This document shows, piece after piece, positions 56,476 through 64,000 of a stretch of DNA of 64,000 nt. The DNA is taken from NCBI GenBank assembly GCA_028715295.1, contig JAQUSD010000002.1, forward strand, positions 3,385 to 67,384, given 5' to 3'. This DNA is from Candidatus Nanoarchaeia archaeon. Lineage in GTDB: Archaea; Nanobdellota; Nanobdellia; JAQUSD01. The translations under genes were made by a program, and so were the position numbers. The stretch's first letter is position 1. Every line of letters starts with the position of its first letter. The notes under the pieces are model-generated. The model did not search any database, was not told the DNA's origin, and worked only from the letters and a program-made list of their open reading frames with translations.

Positions 56476-56745
56476 ATGAAAAAATACATAATTGAAGAGG
56501 TAAGAGATTACAACGGACTAATAAGCCTGCATTTTGATGGTAGTCAGCTTGGAATAAATCTTATTGAAGGACATCCTTATTTAAACAACAATGCTGTTAA
56601 AAACCTAAAAAAAGGGGATATTATGCTGATTGAGGGAAAAAAAGGTGATTCTCTTGAAGACTTATGCAGTAATGGAATAAAAACAATGCTTGTGAAAGAA
56701 GGGGAAAGTATTACAACCCTTTACCATTTTAAAGCCCCCATGTAG
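56476..56745 (+). CDS. Hypothetical small protein
   Basis: 89 aa ORF. Confidence 0.3.
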   Translation: MKKYIIEEVRDYNGLISLHFDGSQLGINLIEGHPYLNNNAVKNLKKGDIMLIEGKKGDSLEDLCSNGIKTMLVKEGESITTLYHFKAPM

Positions 56746-58504
56746 CTTTTTTCTTCCTCTTTATTCTTGCAATTTCTTCCATTACTTTTTTAGATTCATC
56801 AGAAACATAATCCATAAACTTCTTTCTTATCAGCTTAAAGTCATCTTCCCTTACATCAGTGATTAATTCCTCACCCAGCTTTATACTTCTGCCTATTACA
56901 GCTCCGGGGATTGAAACAGCCATTTTGTCACCCTGAGACGCTTTTTCAATTGTTTCTCCTTCTTTATGAAGCTGTTTAATAGTTCCAACATCAACACCTT
57001 CAGAGTTAAGAAGAGTCATTTCATTTCTAATTTCTCCTGCAATAACATCAACTCCAACTATTGCAGGATTGCTCTGCCTGAAAACATATTCTGGAAGAAT
57101 TTTAATTTTTGAAGGAATTGTAAGCTTTGAAAGTTCTTCTTTCTTCTGCTCTTCTTCTTTTTCTTTTTTCCATTTGTTATAAGTATCAACAATTTCGTAT
57201 ATTACATTTGAAGTTATTATCTTGACTTTCTCTTTCTGATTTACAATTTCAGCATCTTGGGAAACAGCAACGTTAAAACCCATAATAACTCCAAGAAAAG
57301 CATCCTTATGTTTGACATCAGACGCCTCGATTATATCAGTTTTTGTGATATCCCCAATTGATGCTTTTTTAACTGGAATATGATTTTTTTCAAAAAGCAT
57401 TATTGAAGCTTCAAGAGCGCCAAGAGTGTCTGCCTTGACTGTAACTCCGCTTATATTTTTATCAAGCTGAACATTTCCAACAGATGCTTTTATCTCATGT
57501 TTAACATTTTCAAGCTTGTTTTTATCCCACACTGCTTCAAAAGGAACTCCTGCAACAACATTATCAATTCCAGGTGCGGAAATTCTAAAACCCGCTGACG
57601 CGTGTATTTCGGGTATATTTTCAAATTTTCCTTTTTCCCTCAACTCTTTAAGAGGTGATGGTTTTAACAAAGCCCTTACTTTTGTAACAATGGGTTCTTC
57701 CAGACTGCCAATAACAATTGTATCTCCTGTTTTTATTGCACCGTCAAATATAACAACATCCATTGCTCTTCCCAAGCCCTGAACATTTTTTATTTCAATA
57801 ACAGAACCTTTTGCAGGACCGGATATTTCTATTTTAAGTTTTTTTTCAAGAAATCTCTGTGCTAGTCCTGTAAGAACCATTAATAATTCGGGTATGCCTT
57901 CGCCTGTTGCTCCTGAGCACGGAATGATTGCTATTTGTTTTGTGTAGTCATCAATTCTGTCAAATCTTTCAGACTGAAATCCATAATTTGAAAGTGTCAG
58001 AACAATCTCATAGATTTTTTCATCAACCATTGACTTTATACTCTGCCCTTGTTTTGAAAATGATTCAGTGAAACATGCTTCTGGGTTTTTCCTCCACCCA
58101 TTTATCAAATCAACCTGCGAAGCTGCTATCACAAAAGGAACTTTAAATTCCTTGAGAATTTCTATTGACTCTATTGTCTGAGGTTTTATTCCTTCATTTA
58201 TATTTATAACAAGAATTGCTAAATCAGCGATAGTACTTCCTCGCTTTCTGAGTGAAGAGAATGCTGCGTGTCCGGGAGTGTCTATCATAAGAAGTCCTGG
58301 TATTGTTATGTTTTTAATATTTGAGAACAATTTTCCGCATTTTGTCTTTATAACATCAATAGGTATTTCGCTTGCGCCAATGTGCTGCGTTATTCCTGAT
58401 GCTTCTTTTAACTGAACAGTGCTGTGTCTAATCTTGTCTAATAAAGTTGTTTTTCCATGATTTATATGTCCGACTACGCAGACAATGGGCTGGCGCACAG
58501 TCAT
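56729..58504 (-). CDS. infB: Translation initiation factor aIF5B (IF2-like GTPase)
   Basis: 591 aa. 'VCVVGHINHGKTTLLDKIR' G1, 'DTPGH' G3, and the conserved infB-ndk-L24e-S28e-L7Ae neighbourhood. Confidence 0.9.
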   Translation of the reverse strand: MTVRQPIVCVVGHINHGKTTLLDKIRHSTVQLKEASGITQHIGASEIPIDVIKTKCGKLFSNIKNITIPGLLMIDTPGHAAFSSLRKRGSTIADLAILVININEGIKPQTIESIEILKEFKVPFVIAASQVDLINGWRKNPEACFTESFSKQGQSIKSMVDEKIYEIVLTLSNYGFQSERFDRIDDYTKQIAIIPCSGATGEGIPELLMVLTGLAQRFLEKKLKIEISGPAKGSVIEIKNVQGLGRAMDVVIFDGAIKTGDTIVIGSLEEPIVTKVRALLKPSPLKELREKGKFENIPEIHASAGFRISAPGIDNVVAGVPFEAVWDKNKLENVKHEIKASVGNVQLDKNISGVTVKADTLGALEASIMLFEKNHIPVKKASIGDITKTDIIEASDVKHKDAFLGVIMGFNVAVSQDAEIVNQKEKVKIITSNVIYEIVDTYNKWKKEKEEEQKKEELSKLTIPSKIKILPEYVFRQSNPAIVGVDVIAGEIRNEMTLLNSEGVDVGTIKQLHKEGETIEKASQGDKMAVSIPGAVIGRSIKLGEELITDVREDDFKLIRKKFMDYVSDESKKVMEEIARIKRKKKATWGL

Positions 58505-58561
58505 AGTTCATCAGAACTTACTAATTATAAGGGCTTTAAAAAGGTTATTAAAAGAATAAGT

Positions 58562-59077
58562 TTAATCTTTCTTGAATGCTTTTCTTCCAATAGTTATAAG
58601 TTCCTCAACCCTCATATAATCAAGAATTTCTTGAGGCTTGAACCAGATGCTAATTTCTTGTTTTGCTTCCTCAGCATTTCCAGACGAGTGTATTACATTT
58701 TTTATAGGGACTTCAATTGAATCAGCATGGGAAAAACTTATATGACAGTAATCCCCTCTTATTGTTCCTGGAAGTGCTGATTTTGGCTCTGTTGCACCAA
58801 CTATCTTCCTTACAACTTCAACAGCATCCGCACCTTCAACAACCATAGCAACAATGGGTCCCTCTGTGATGAATTTAACAAGCATATTTCTTACTTTTTC
58901 CCCTCTTCTTTTTGTTATATCATCTGTATAATGCTTCATTGCGAGATTTTCATCAGCCCATACCATCTTCAGAGCTGTAATTTTCATGCCTCTCCTTTCA
59001 AACCTGTTGATTACTTCTCCAATTAACCCTCTTTCAACTCCATCTGGTTTAATAAGAACTAAACTCTGTTCAATCAT
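58562..59077 (-). CDS. ndk: Nucleoside diphosphate kinase
   Basis: 171 aa. 'LVLIKPDGVERGLIGEVINRFE' and the active-site 'HGSD'-like region. Confidence 0.85.
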   Translation of the reverse strand: MIEQSLVLIKPDGVERGLIGEVINRFERRGMKITALKMVWADENLAMKHYTDDITKRRGEKVRNMLVKFITEGPIVAMVVEGADAVEVVRKIVGATEPKSALPGTIRGDYCHISFSHADSIEVPIKNVIHSSGNAEEAKQEISIWFKPQEILDYMRVEELITIGRKAFKKD

Positions 59078-59083
59078 GTATTA

Positions 59084-59248
59084 TCACTTTTTTTTAAGAA
59101 CCCATTCTAATTTTTTAGGGTCTCTGTTAAGCTTGAACATGTTTTTTTCACACTTTGAAGAACAGAACCAAAACTTTTTAGCGTCTTTTCTAATAAGGAG
59201 TAATCCTGTGCCTGGTTCAATTTCCTTTGAACACATGCTGCATTTCAT
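59084..59248 (-). CDS. rpl24e: Ribosomal protein L24e, 54 aa (not in the ORF track)
   Basis: Own translation: [54 protein letters not shown]. Confidence 0.75.
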   Translation of the reverse strand: MKCSMCSKEIEPGTGLLLIRKDAKKFWFCSSKCEKNMFKLNRDPKKLEWVLKKK

Positions 59249-59532
59249 CGCCTTCCCCCTGTTAATGGCGATGCTTCAAGTTCTGTTTCCTTAAGCATTA
59301 AGATGTCCCCAATTCTTACAGGGCCTTTTACATTCCTTCTCAATATTTTTCTTTTGTCAGGACCTTCAAGAATTCTGCATCTAACCTGTGTGCATTCCCC
59401 TCTTACCCCCACCTTTCCAACTAATTCAACTACCTCAGAAGGAAAAGCTTTTCCGTAAAGGTCGCTTTCTTTTACTTCAATTGTTGTTTCTGTTTTTTTC
59501 TCTTCTTTAAGTGTTTTTTTTGCTGCTCCCAT
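59245..59532 (-). CDS. rps28e: Ribosomal protein S28e with an N-terminal extension
   Basis: '[51 protein letters not shown]'. Confidence 0.8.
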   Translation of the reverse strand: MGAAKKTLKEEKKTETTIEVKESDLYGKAFPSEVVELVGKVGVRGECTQVRCRILEGPDKRKILRRNVKGPVRIGDILMLKETELEASPLTGGRR

Positions 59533-59548
59533 TATGAATATTCACCTT

Positions 59549-59872
59549 TTACTGATTGTCTTTAAGTTTTTTAATAAGCTGTACTGATTCACCAGCTTCA
59601 ACAACAGCAATTGCAGCTGTAGGAACCTCTATGCCTGTTGCTGCTCCAAGTTCTTTTCTGCTTGGAACCTCAAAATAAGGGATGCCTTTTTCCTTGCAGA
59701 GCGGGCCTAAATGCATTATAATTTCTTTAGGATTTGTATCCAAAGCAACTACAACAAGTTTTGCCTTGTCCCTCTCCACTGCTTTTGTTACTTCATTAGT
59801 TCCTTTTTTTATTTTTCCTGTTGTTCTTGCTGTTTCAACTATTGTAAGAACCTTATCGATATTATCTGCCAT
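59549..59872 (-). CDS. rpl7ae: Ribosomal protein L7Ae (K-turn binding)
   Basis: 107 aa. 'KLVVVALDTNPKEII..LCKEKGIPYFEVPSRKELGAATG'. Confidence 0.85.
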   Translation of the reverse strand: MADNIDKVLTIVETARTTGKIKKGTNEVTKAVERDKAKLVVVALDTNPKEIIMHLGPLCKEKGIPYFEVPSRKELGAATGIEVPTAAIAVVEAGESVQLIKKLKDNQ

Positions 59873-59946
59873 AATTTACACCTCCAATAATGTCATTGGT
59901 TATGAGTGTATAAAATAAGATTTCTTTATAAACGTTTCTAATGAGG

Positions 59947-61650
59947 TTATTTATGACAAAATACAAAGTGATAACCTTTTTTTGAATCAAGTTTTACAAA
60001 GCCGAATCTCTCAAACTGCACCACGCTGTCTATATTTATATCTCTTATAGTCTCTTCTGCATATCCCATTAATGTTTCGATACTGTTCGGGTTATATTTT
60101 CCTTTTACAAAAAGAGGTTTTGGTATTTTAATATCAACTTCAATAAATCCTTCCTTAGTGACCCACTGAATTTTCTTTGTATCAGGCATTAATGCATCGC
60201 CCATAAATGAAGCTTTGATTTTATTCTTTGATTTTTCAACTATCATCACATTGTAAAGTTCTTTAAGACGGAAAACGCTTCCAGCCTTCAAATCCTTCAT
60301 ATCTGCCTTGTCAATGTAAAAATTCTTTTTAGTGTGTACTCTTCTCACACCTTCTTTTTCACTGTGGGGATGTTTTTTAAGCAGAAGCTTTTTTTCAGGT
60401 GCATCAATAACTTCAAGTTCAATAGGGTGTGGAACAAAAAAATATCTGTGCGCTTTTGCATCAAGAGCTTTTCGGTTAAATGCTTCAAGCATATCCATAT
60501 CAATTGTTTTTTCTGCTTTTGAATACCCCACTTCCTTAACAAGCTCCTTAATTGCTTCTGGCTGAATTCCTCTTCTTTTTAACCCCCTCAAAGTTGCAAT
60601 CCTGAAATCATCCCATCCAGTTATTTTATTTTCAAGTATTAACTCCCTTGTTTCCCTTTTTGAAGTAGGGCTTCCCTGGATATTTAACCTTGCAAATTCA
60701 TATGTCCATGGATTTTTTAATCCTAAAAGTTTCCTTATATAATTCTGAACTTCAACCCTTAATTCAAAGCCCTTGTCCCTGAATCTATGTGTTATTTTTG
60801 AATCTTCGATTGATGCTGAAAAATCATAATTAGGCCATACGATATATTTTTCCTCAGTTCTTGGATGGGGGGATTTTATTATTCTAAACATGGTTGGGTC
60901 TCTCATAGCAGTATTTTTGCTTTTCATGTCTGCTTTTAATCTGACTATATAATCACCTGATTTTGTATTTCCTGAAAGCATATCTTTCCATAGTTTAAGA
61001 TTTTCAATCGGCTTCCTGATTCTGCATCTGCATTCTTTCTGCTTCATTCTGTAATCCTTTATTGTGGATTGCGCACAGGAGCATACATACAAATGTCCTT
61101 TTTTCATAAGTTTTTCAGCAGATGAATAATATCTGGGTATGTTGTCAGACATGTAGAGTATGTTTGAACAATCTATGCCAAGCCATCTCATACCCCAAAG
61201 AATTTCCCTGTAAAATTTCTTTTCTGATTTTTTAGGATTTGTGTCTTCAAATCTCAAAATGAATTTTCCATCATACTTCTCAGAATACATATAATTTATG
61301 AGAGAAGCATAAGCATGTCCTAAATGAGGGTAACCGCTTGGTTCAGGAGGGAAACATATGATTACTTTTCTTTTTTTTGCATTTGGGAGCTCGGGAAGTT
61401 CTTTTTTCTCTGGTTTTTTTTCTTCTAAAAATTCCGGAGCCAGTTCCTCAAGTTTCTTAACCTGTTCTTCCTTTGACATGGAGTTGACTTCAACAACTGT
61501 TTTTCCAACTTCCCCTGCAAGTTCTTTTATGTTATTTTTTAACTCAGGTTTTTCGCCAAGAACCCCTGCTATTACAGAACCATTCATGCAGGTTCCATTA
61601 TGTTTTACAGCATTGTTTAAAGCGTGTTTAAGAACTAGATCCTTATCCAT
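59947..61650 (-). CDS. gltX: Glutamyl-tRNA synthetase (archaeal type)
   Basis: 567 aa. 'PEPSGYPHLGHAYASL' HIGH motif and 'ILRFEDTNP'. The N-terminal ~90-aa helical region is typical of archaeal GluRS. Confidence 0.85.
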   Translation of the reverse strand: MDKDLVLKHALNNAVKHNGTCMNGSVIAGVLGEKPELKNNIKELAGEVGKTVVEVNSMSKEEQVKKLEELAPEFLEEKKPEKKELPELPNAKKRKVIICFPPEPSGYPHLGHAYASLINYMYSEKYDGKFILRFEDTNPKKSEKKFYREILWGMRWLGIDCSNILYMSDNIPRYYSSAEKLMKKGHLYVCSCAQSTIKDYRMKQKECRCRIRKPIENLKLWKDMLSGNTKSGDYIVRLKADMKSKNTAMRDPTMFRIIKSPHPRTEEKYIVWPNYDFSASIEDSKITHRFRDKGFELRVEVQNYIRKLLGLKNPWTYEFARLNIQGSPTSKRETRELILENKITGWDDFRIATLRGLKRRGIQPEAIKELVKEVGYSKAEKTIDMDMLEAFNRKALDAKAHRYFFVPHPIELEVIDAPEKKLLLKKHPHSEKEGVRRVHTKKNFYIDKADMKDLKAGSVFRLKELYNVMIVEKSKNKIKASFMGDALMPDTKKIQWVTKEGFIEVDIKIPKPLFVKGKYNPNSIETLMGYAEETIRDINIDSVVQFERFGFVKLDSKKGYHFVFCHK

Positions 61651-61705
61651 GGTTCTTAAATAATATATGATACTATCTTATGAATTTTGTGATTTTAATA
61701 AAAAA

Positions 61706-63076
61706 TCATAATTTCAATACTTTTCCATTTGAAAGCACATGGACTGTTTTTCCAAGTTCATAACCCATTTCAAGGGCAAGTTCTGCTGCTGATGAAAGCT
61801 TCATTAACCCCCCATGAGCAGGGATATAATGCATGGGATTCATCATGCTTATTAAGTCCTTTAAGTCTTCTCTTCCACCATGTCCTGAAACATGAACATC
61901 CTTAAAAACCCTGACTCCTCTCTGTCGAAGCTGTTTTTCAAGAATTGCCCTGTTTGCTTCATTAATCGGTGTTGGGATTGTGCTTGCTGAGAATATAACC
62001 TGATCTCCTTCAATAAATTTAAAAGAAAGCTTGTCGTTTGCAACAGATGTAAGAACTGCACCAGGTTCTCCCTGGCATCCTGTTGTTATTAAAAGGTATT
62101 TTTCCCTGTTCTTTTCAAGCTCCTTAAACATTGCTTCTGCTTTTCCTTTTCCCCCGAATATTTTGTATTTCTTTGAGAAATTAACAAGGTTAATTTTTTC
62201 AGCAGCACTTATATAATTCTTCATTGAGCGTCCTACTATTACAGGGATTCTGTTTATGTTTCTTGCAAGTTCAAGTATAGTTATAAGTCTTGCAATATGG
62301 CTTGAAAAAGTAACAACAACTATTGCCTGGCTACTTCCCTTGAGCCAGAAAAGCAAATCCTTAAACATCTCTTTGACAAGACTTTCTGAAAAAGTTCTTG
62401 AATAATCACTTATTCTTACTGTATCAGACATAAGTGCAAGAACCCCTTCATTTCCAAGTTCTCTTAACCTTTTGTAATCTGTTTTCTGTCCTAAAACAGG
62501 ATTCTGGTCAAATTTCCAGTCATTTGCATAGCATATTGCTCCTTTTGGGGTGTGGATTACAACCATTGCTGTCTGCGGGGTGCTGTGGGTCATTTTCACA
62601 AATTCAACAGTTATATTTTCACTTACTTTAAATGTTGAGCCATTGTTCATGGAGATAAGTCTGTTGTCGGGTTTGTATTTTTCCTCTCTGATTAAATTTC
62701 TTAAAACCTGAATTGTAAATGGTGTTCCAATTACAGGACAGTCATAGGTTTTATACGCCATTTTTGGGACAGCACCAACATGGTCAAGATGTGCATGTCC
62801 TACAACAATTGCCTTTACCTGTTTTGCAAAAGGTTTAAGCATAGAATCATCTGGCAGAGCGCCTGCTAATTTTAGTTCTTTTGGGGAAAGCAGATGTATT
62901 TCCAAGTCGCTTTCTGCAACTTTTTCCATATTAAGCCCAATATCAAGAATGACAAATTCATCTCCTACCTTAACAGCGGTCATGTTTCTTCCGCATTCAC
63001 TATAACCTCCAATGGGCCATATTTCCACGTCAATGTCTTTCTTTTTATTCACATTTATGTTTTTTATCAAAACCAC
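61706..63076 (-). CDS. Metallo-beta-lactamase/beta-CASP ribonuclease (archaeal RNase J-like)
   Basis: 456 aa. 'VGHAHLDHVGAVP' motif 2 and a beta-CASP region. Confidence 0.8.
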   Translation of the reverse strand: MVLIKNINVNKKKDIDVEIWPIGGYSECGRNMTAVKVGDEFVILDIGLNMEKVAESDLEIHLLSPKELKLAGALPDDSMLKPFAKQVKAIVVGHAHLDHVGAVPKMAYKTYDCPVIGTPFTIQVLRNLIREEKYKPDNRLISMNNGSTFKVSENITVEFVKMTHSTPQTAMVVIHTPKGAICYANDWKFDQNPVLGQKTDYKRLRELGNEGVLALMSDTVRISDYSRTFSESLVKEMFKDLLFWLKGSSQAIVVVTFSSHIARLITILELARNINRIPVIVGRSMKNYISAAEKINLVNFSKKYKIFGGKGKAEAMFKELEKNREKYLLITTGCQGEPGAVLTSVANDKLSFKFIEGDQVIFSASTIPTPINEANRAILEKQLRQRGVRVFKDVHVSGHGGREDLKDLISMMNPMHYIPAHGGLMKLSSAAELALEMGYELGKTVHVLSNGKVLKL

Positions 63077-63117
63077 CTTGTGTTATTCTTAATCATAGTT
63101 AAACATAATATATAAAA

Positions 63118-63750
63118 CTACTTCTCTGCAAGAGCGAAGATGTTTCTTGAAAAGAAAGTGAGTTTCTTTGCCTTATCAAGGAAGATACTTATATTTTTAA
63201 ATTTAACTTTTGAAACCAGATTTTTAAACTCTGTTTTTGTGAAAAGGTAATAATATCTTGGATGCTCTTCCCTGTTTTTTTTCCACGGAACAATAACCTC
63301 TTTTTTTGAAAAAATAAATCTTCTCTGCATTTTATTCCATACAGAGATAAGAATTTCTGCTTTTTCTTTCATAGTTTCTTTTATTCTTTTAAGTGAAACT
63401 TCTGCGTCTTCTTTTCCAAGATGGTGCAGGCTTGCAATATAAAGAACTCCGTCAAAAATCTCTTTTTTAAAAGGGGGAAACCTCAAATCTCCAGCAACAT
63501 AAAGTGAATTTGAATCATTTTTCCTTGCAAGCTTCAGCATTTCAAATGAACTGTCAAAACCAACAACCTTGAACCCAATTCTTTGTGCGGGAATGGAATT
63601 TCTCCCGCTTCCGCAACCAGCATCAAGAATAATTTTTCTTTTTTCTTTTTTCCATTTTTCAAGAATTTCAGAAACTTCAGGAAAAGGTTTCTTTCTGTAG
63701 TCATTCCAAAGTTCTGCTATTTTATCATAAGTTTCAATGCTGTCTTTCAT
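63118..63750 (-). CDS. Class I SAM-dependent methyltransferase
   Basis: 210 aa. 'ILDAGCGSGRNSI' motif I. Confidence 0.65.
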   Translation of the reverse strand: MKDSIETYDKIAELWNDYRKKPFPEVSEILEKWKKEKRKIILDAGCGSGRNSIPAQRIGFKVVGFDSSFEMLKLARKNDSNSLYVAGDLRFPPFKKEIFDGVLYIASLHHLGKEDAEVSLKRIKETMKEKAEILISVWNKMQRRFIFSKKEVIVPWKKNREEHPRYYYLFTKTEFKNLVSKVKFKNISIFLDKAKKLTFFSRNIFALAEK

Positions 63751-64000
63751 TTAACAAACCTGAATTGTATATTATCCCCTACTTTAAGAGGGAGTTCCTT
63801 TACGCTTTCAATAACATACTGTGATTTATTGGATGGTATTATTGCTGTCTGAAACGGTTTTATTTTCTTGATTTCAACAACTGTAAAATTTTTATCAACC
63901 CAGTATATGTGAAGTGGGAAAAAAACAAACACCATATCAAGAGAAAGCAGTGTTTCAGAATTGGATGTAAGAACCATACCATTAAAGTCTCCTTTTCTCT
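63747..64000 (-). CDS. DUF192-like protein, partial (N-terminus beyond the window end)
   Basis: 'MVFVFFPLHIYWVDKNFTV' resembles the DUF192 core. The ORF is open to the window edge. Confidence 0.35.
   Translation of the reverse strand, partial: RKGDFNGMVLTSNSETLLSLDMVFVFFPLHIYWVDKNFTVVEIKKIKPFQTAIIPSNKSQYVIESVKELPLKVGDNIQFRFVK

Noticed and set aside
59947-61650. The N-terminal ~90 aa of GluRS looked like an appended YqeY/GatB-like domain
   Set aside because: On reflection, archaeal-type GluRS normally carries this N-terminal helical region ahead of the HIGH motif. Length (567 aa) and layout are typical, so this is not a novelty.
1-64000. CRISPR arrays, transposases, integrases and prophage signatures
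   Set aside because: I found no regular direct-repeat/spacer array, and no ORF with DDE-transposase, tyrosine-recombinase or capsid/terminase-like motifs.

Overview
This 64-kb window is AT-rich (roughly one-third GC) and densely coding. It looks like part of a small archaeal chromosome, and the gene content, small genes and reduced gene clusters suggest a DPANN-like lineage; this is an inference from the sequence only. Most of the window is core information-processing genes in short operons with 4-nt ATGA overlaps.

Recognisable content:
- Both tRNA amidotransferases: gatCAB (2609-5621) and gatDE (11415-14609).
- Pelota, FtsZ, ATP-dependent DNA ligase and RadA.
- The L18e-L13-S9-RpoN block, followed by tRNA-Pro(UGG), L37ae, RpoP, a Pcc1-like ORF, prefoldin beta and a UPF0147 protein.
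- SRP54 and FtsY, and the L21e-RpoF-DUF655 triad.
- The L39e-L31e-LX-PfdA-FtsY block, with S19e and Rpp21 nearby.
- Kae1-S27ae-S24e, and the PIN-RpoE-Spt4-aIF2gamma-S6e block.
- aIF5B-Ndk-L24e-S28e-L7Ae, followed by GluRS and RNase J.
- Several RNA modification enzymes: a METTL5-like methylase, an NSUN m5C methylase, TrmI and a ThiI-like PP-loop protein.
- An isolated 5S rRNA gene on the minus strand, just upstream of SRP54.

No CRISPR array, transposase, integrase or obvious prophage was seen.

Observations worth a second look:
- An AAA+ clamp-loader-like ATPase with a ~400-aa uncharacterised N-terminal region, directly downstream of a RadA that carries a ~100-aa N-terminal extension.
- An operon-like array of six acidic small ORFs downstream of gatDE, one with an internal tandem 'GGYRIQPLPGE' repeat.
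- An apparent +1 frameshift in an A7 tract at the 5' end of aIF2gamma.
- A Dph2 that lacks its first domain.
- A nucleotidyltransferase domain protein with an Rx4H motif and a long Lys/Glu-rich tail.
- A cluster of uncharacterised genes around a radical-SAM protein (36193-39213).
- Three pairs of tiny paralogous ORFs: two zinc-ribbon ORFs after SRP54, two short histone-fold-like proteins, and two 8-Cys mini-proteins flanking the PIN-RpoE-Spt4 block.
- A 5S rRNA whose 5' and 3' ends do not form a canonical helix I.
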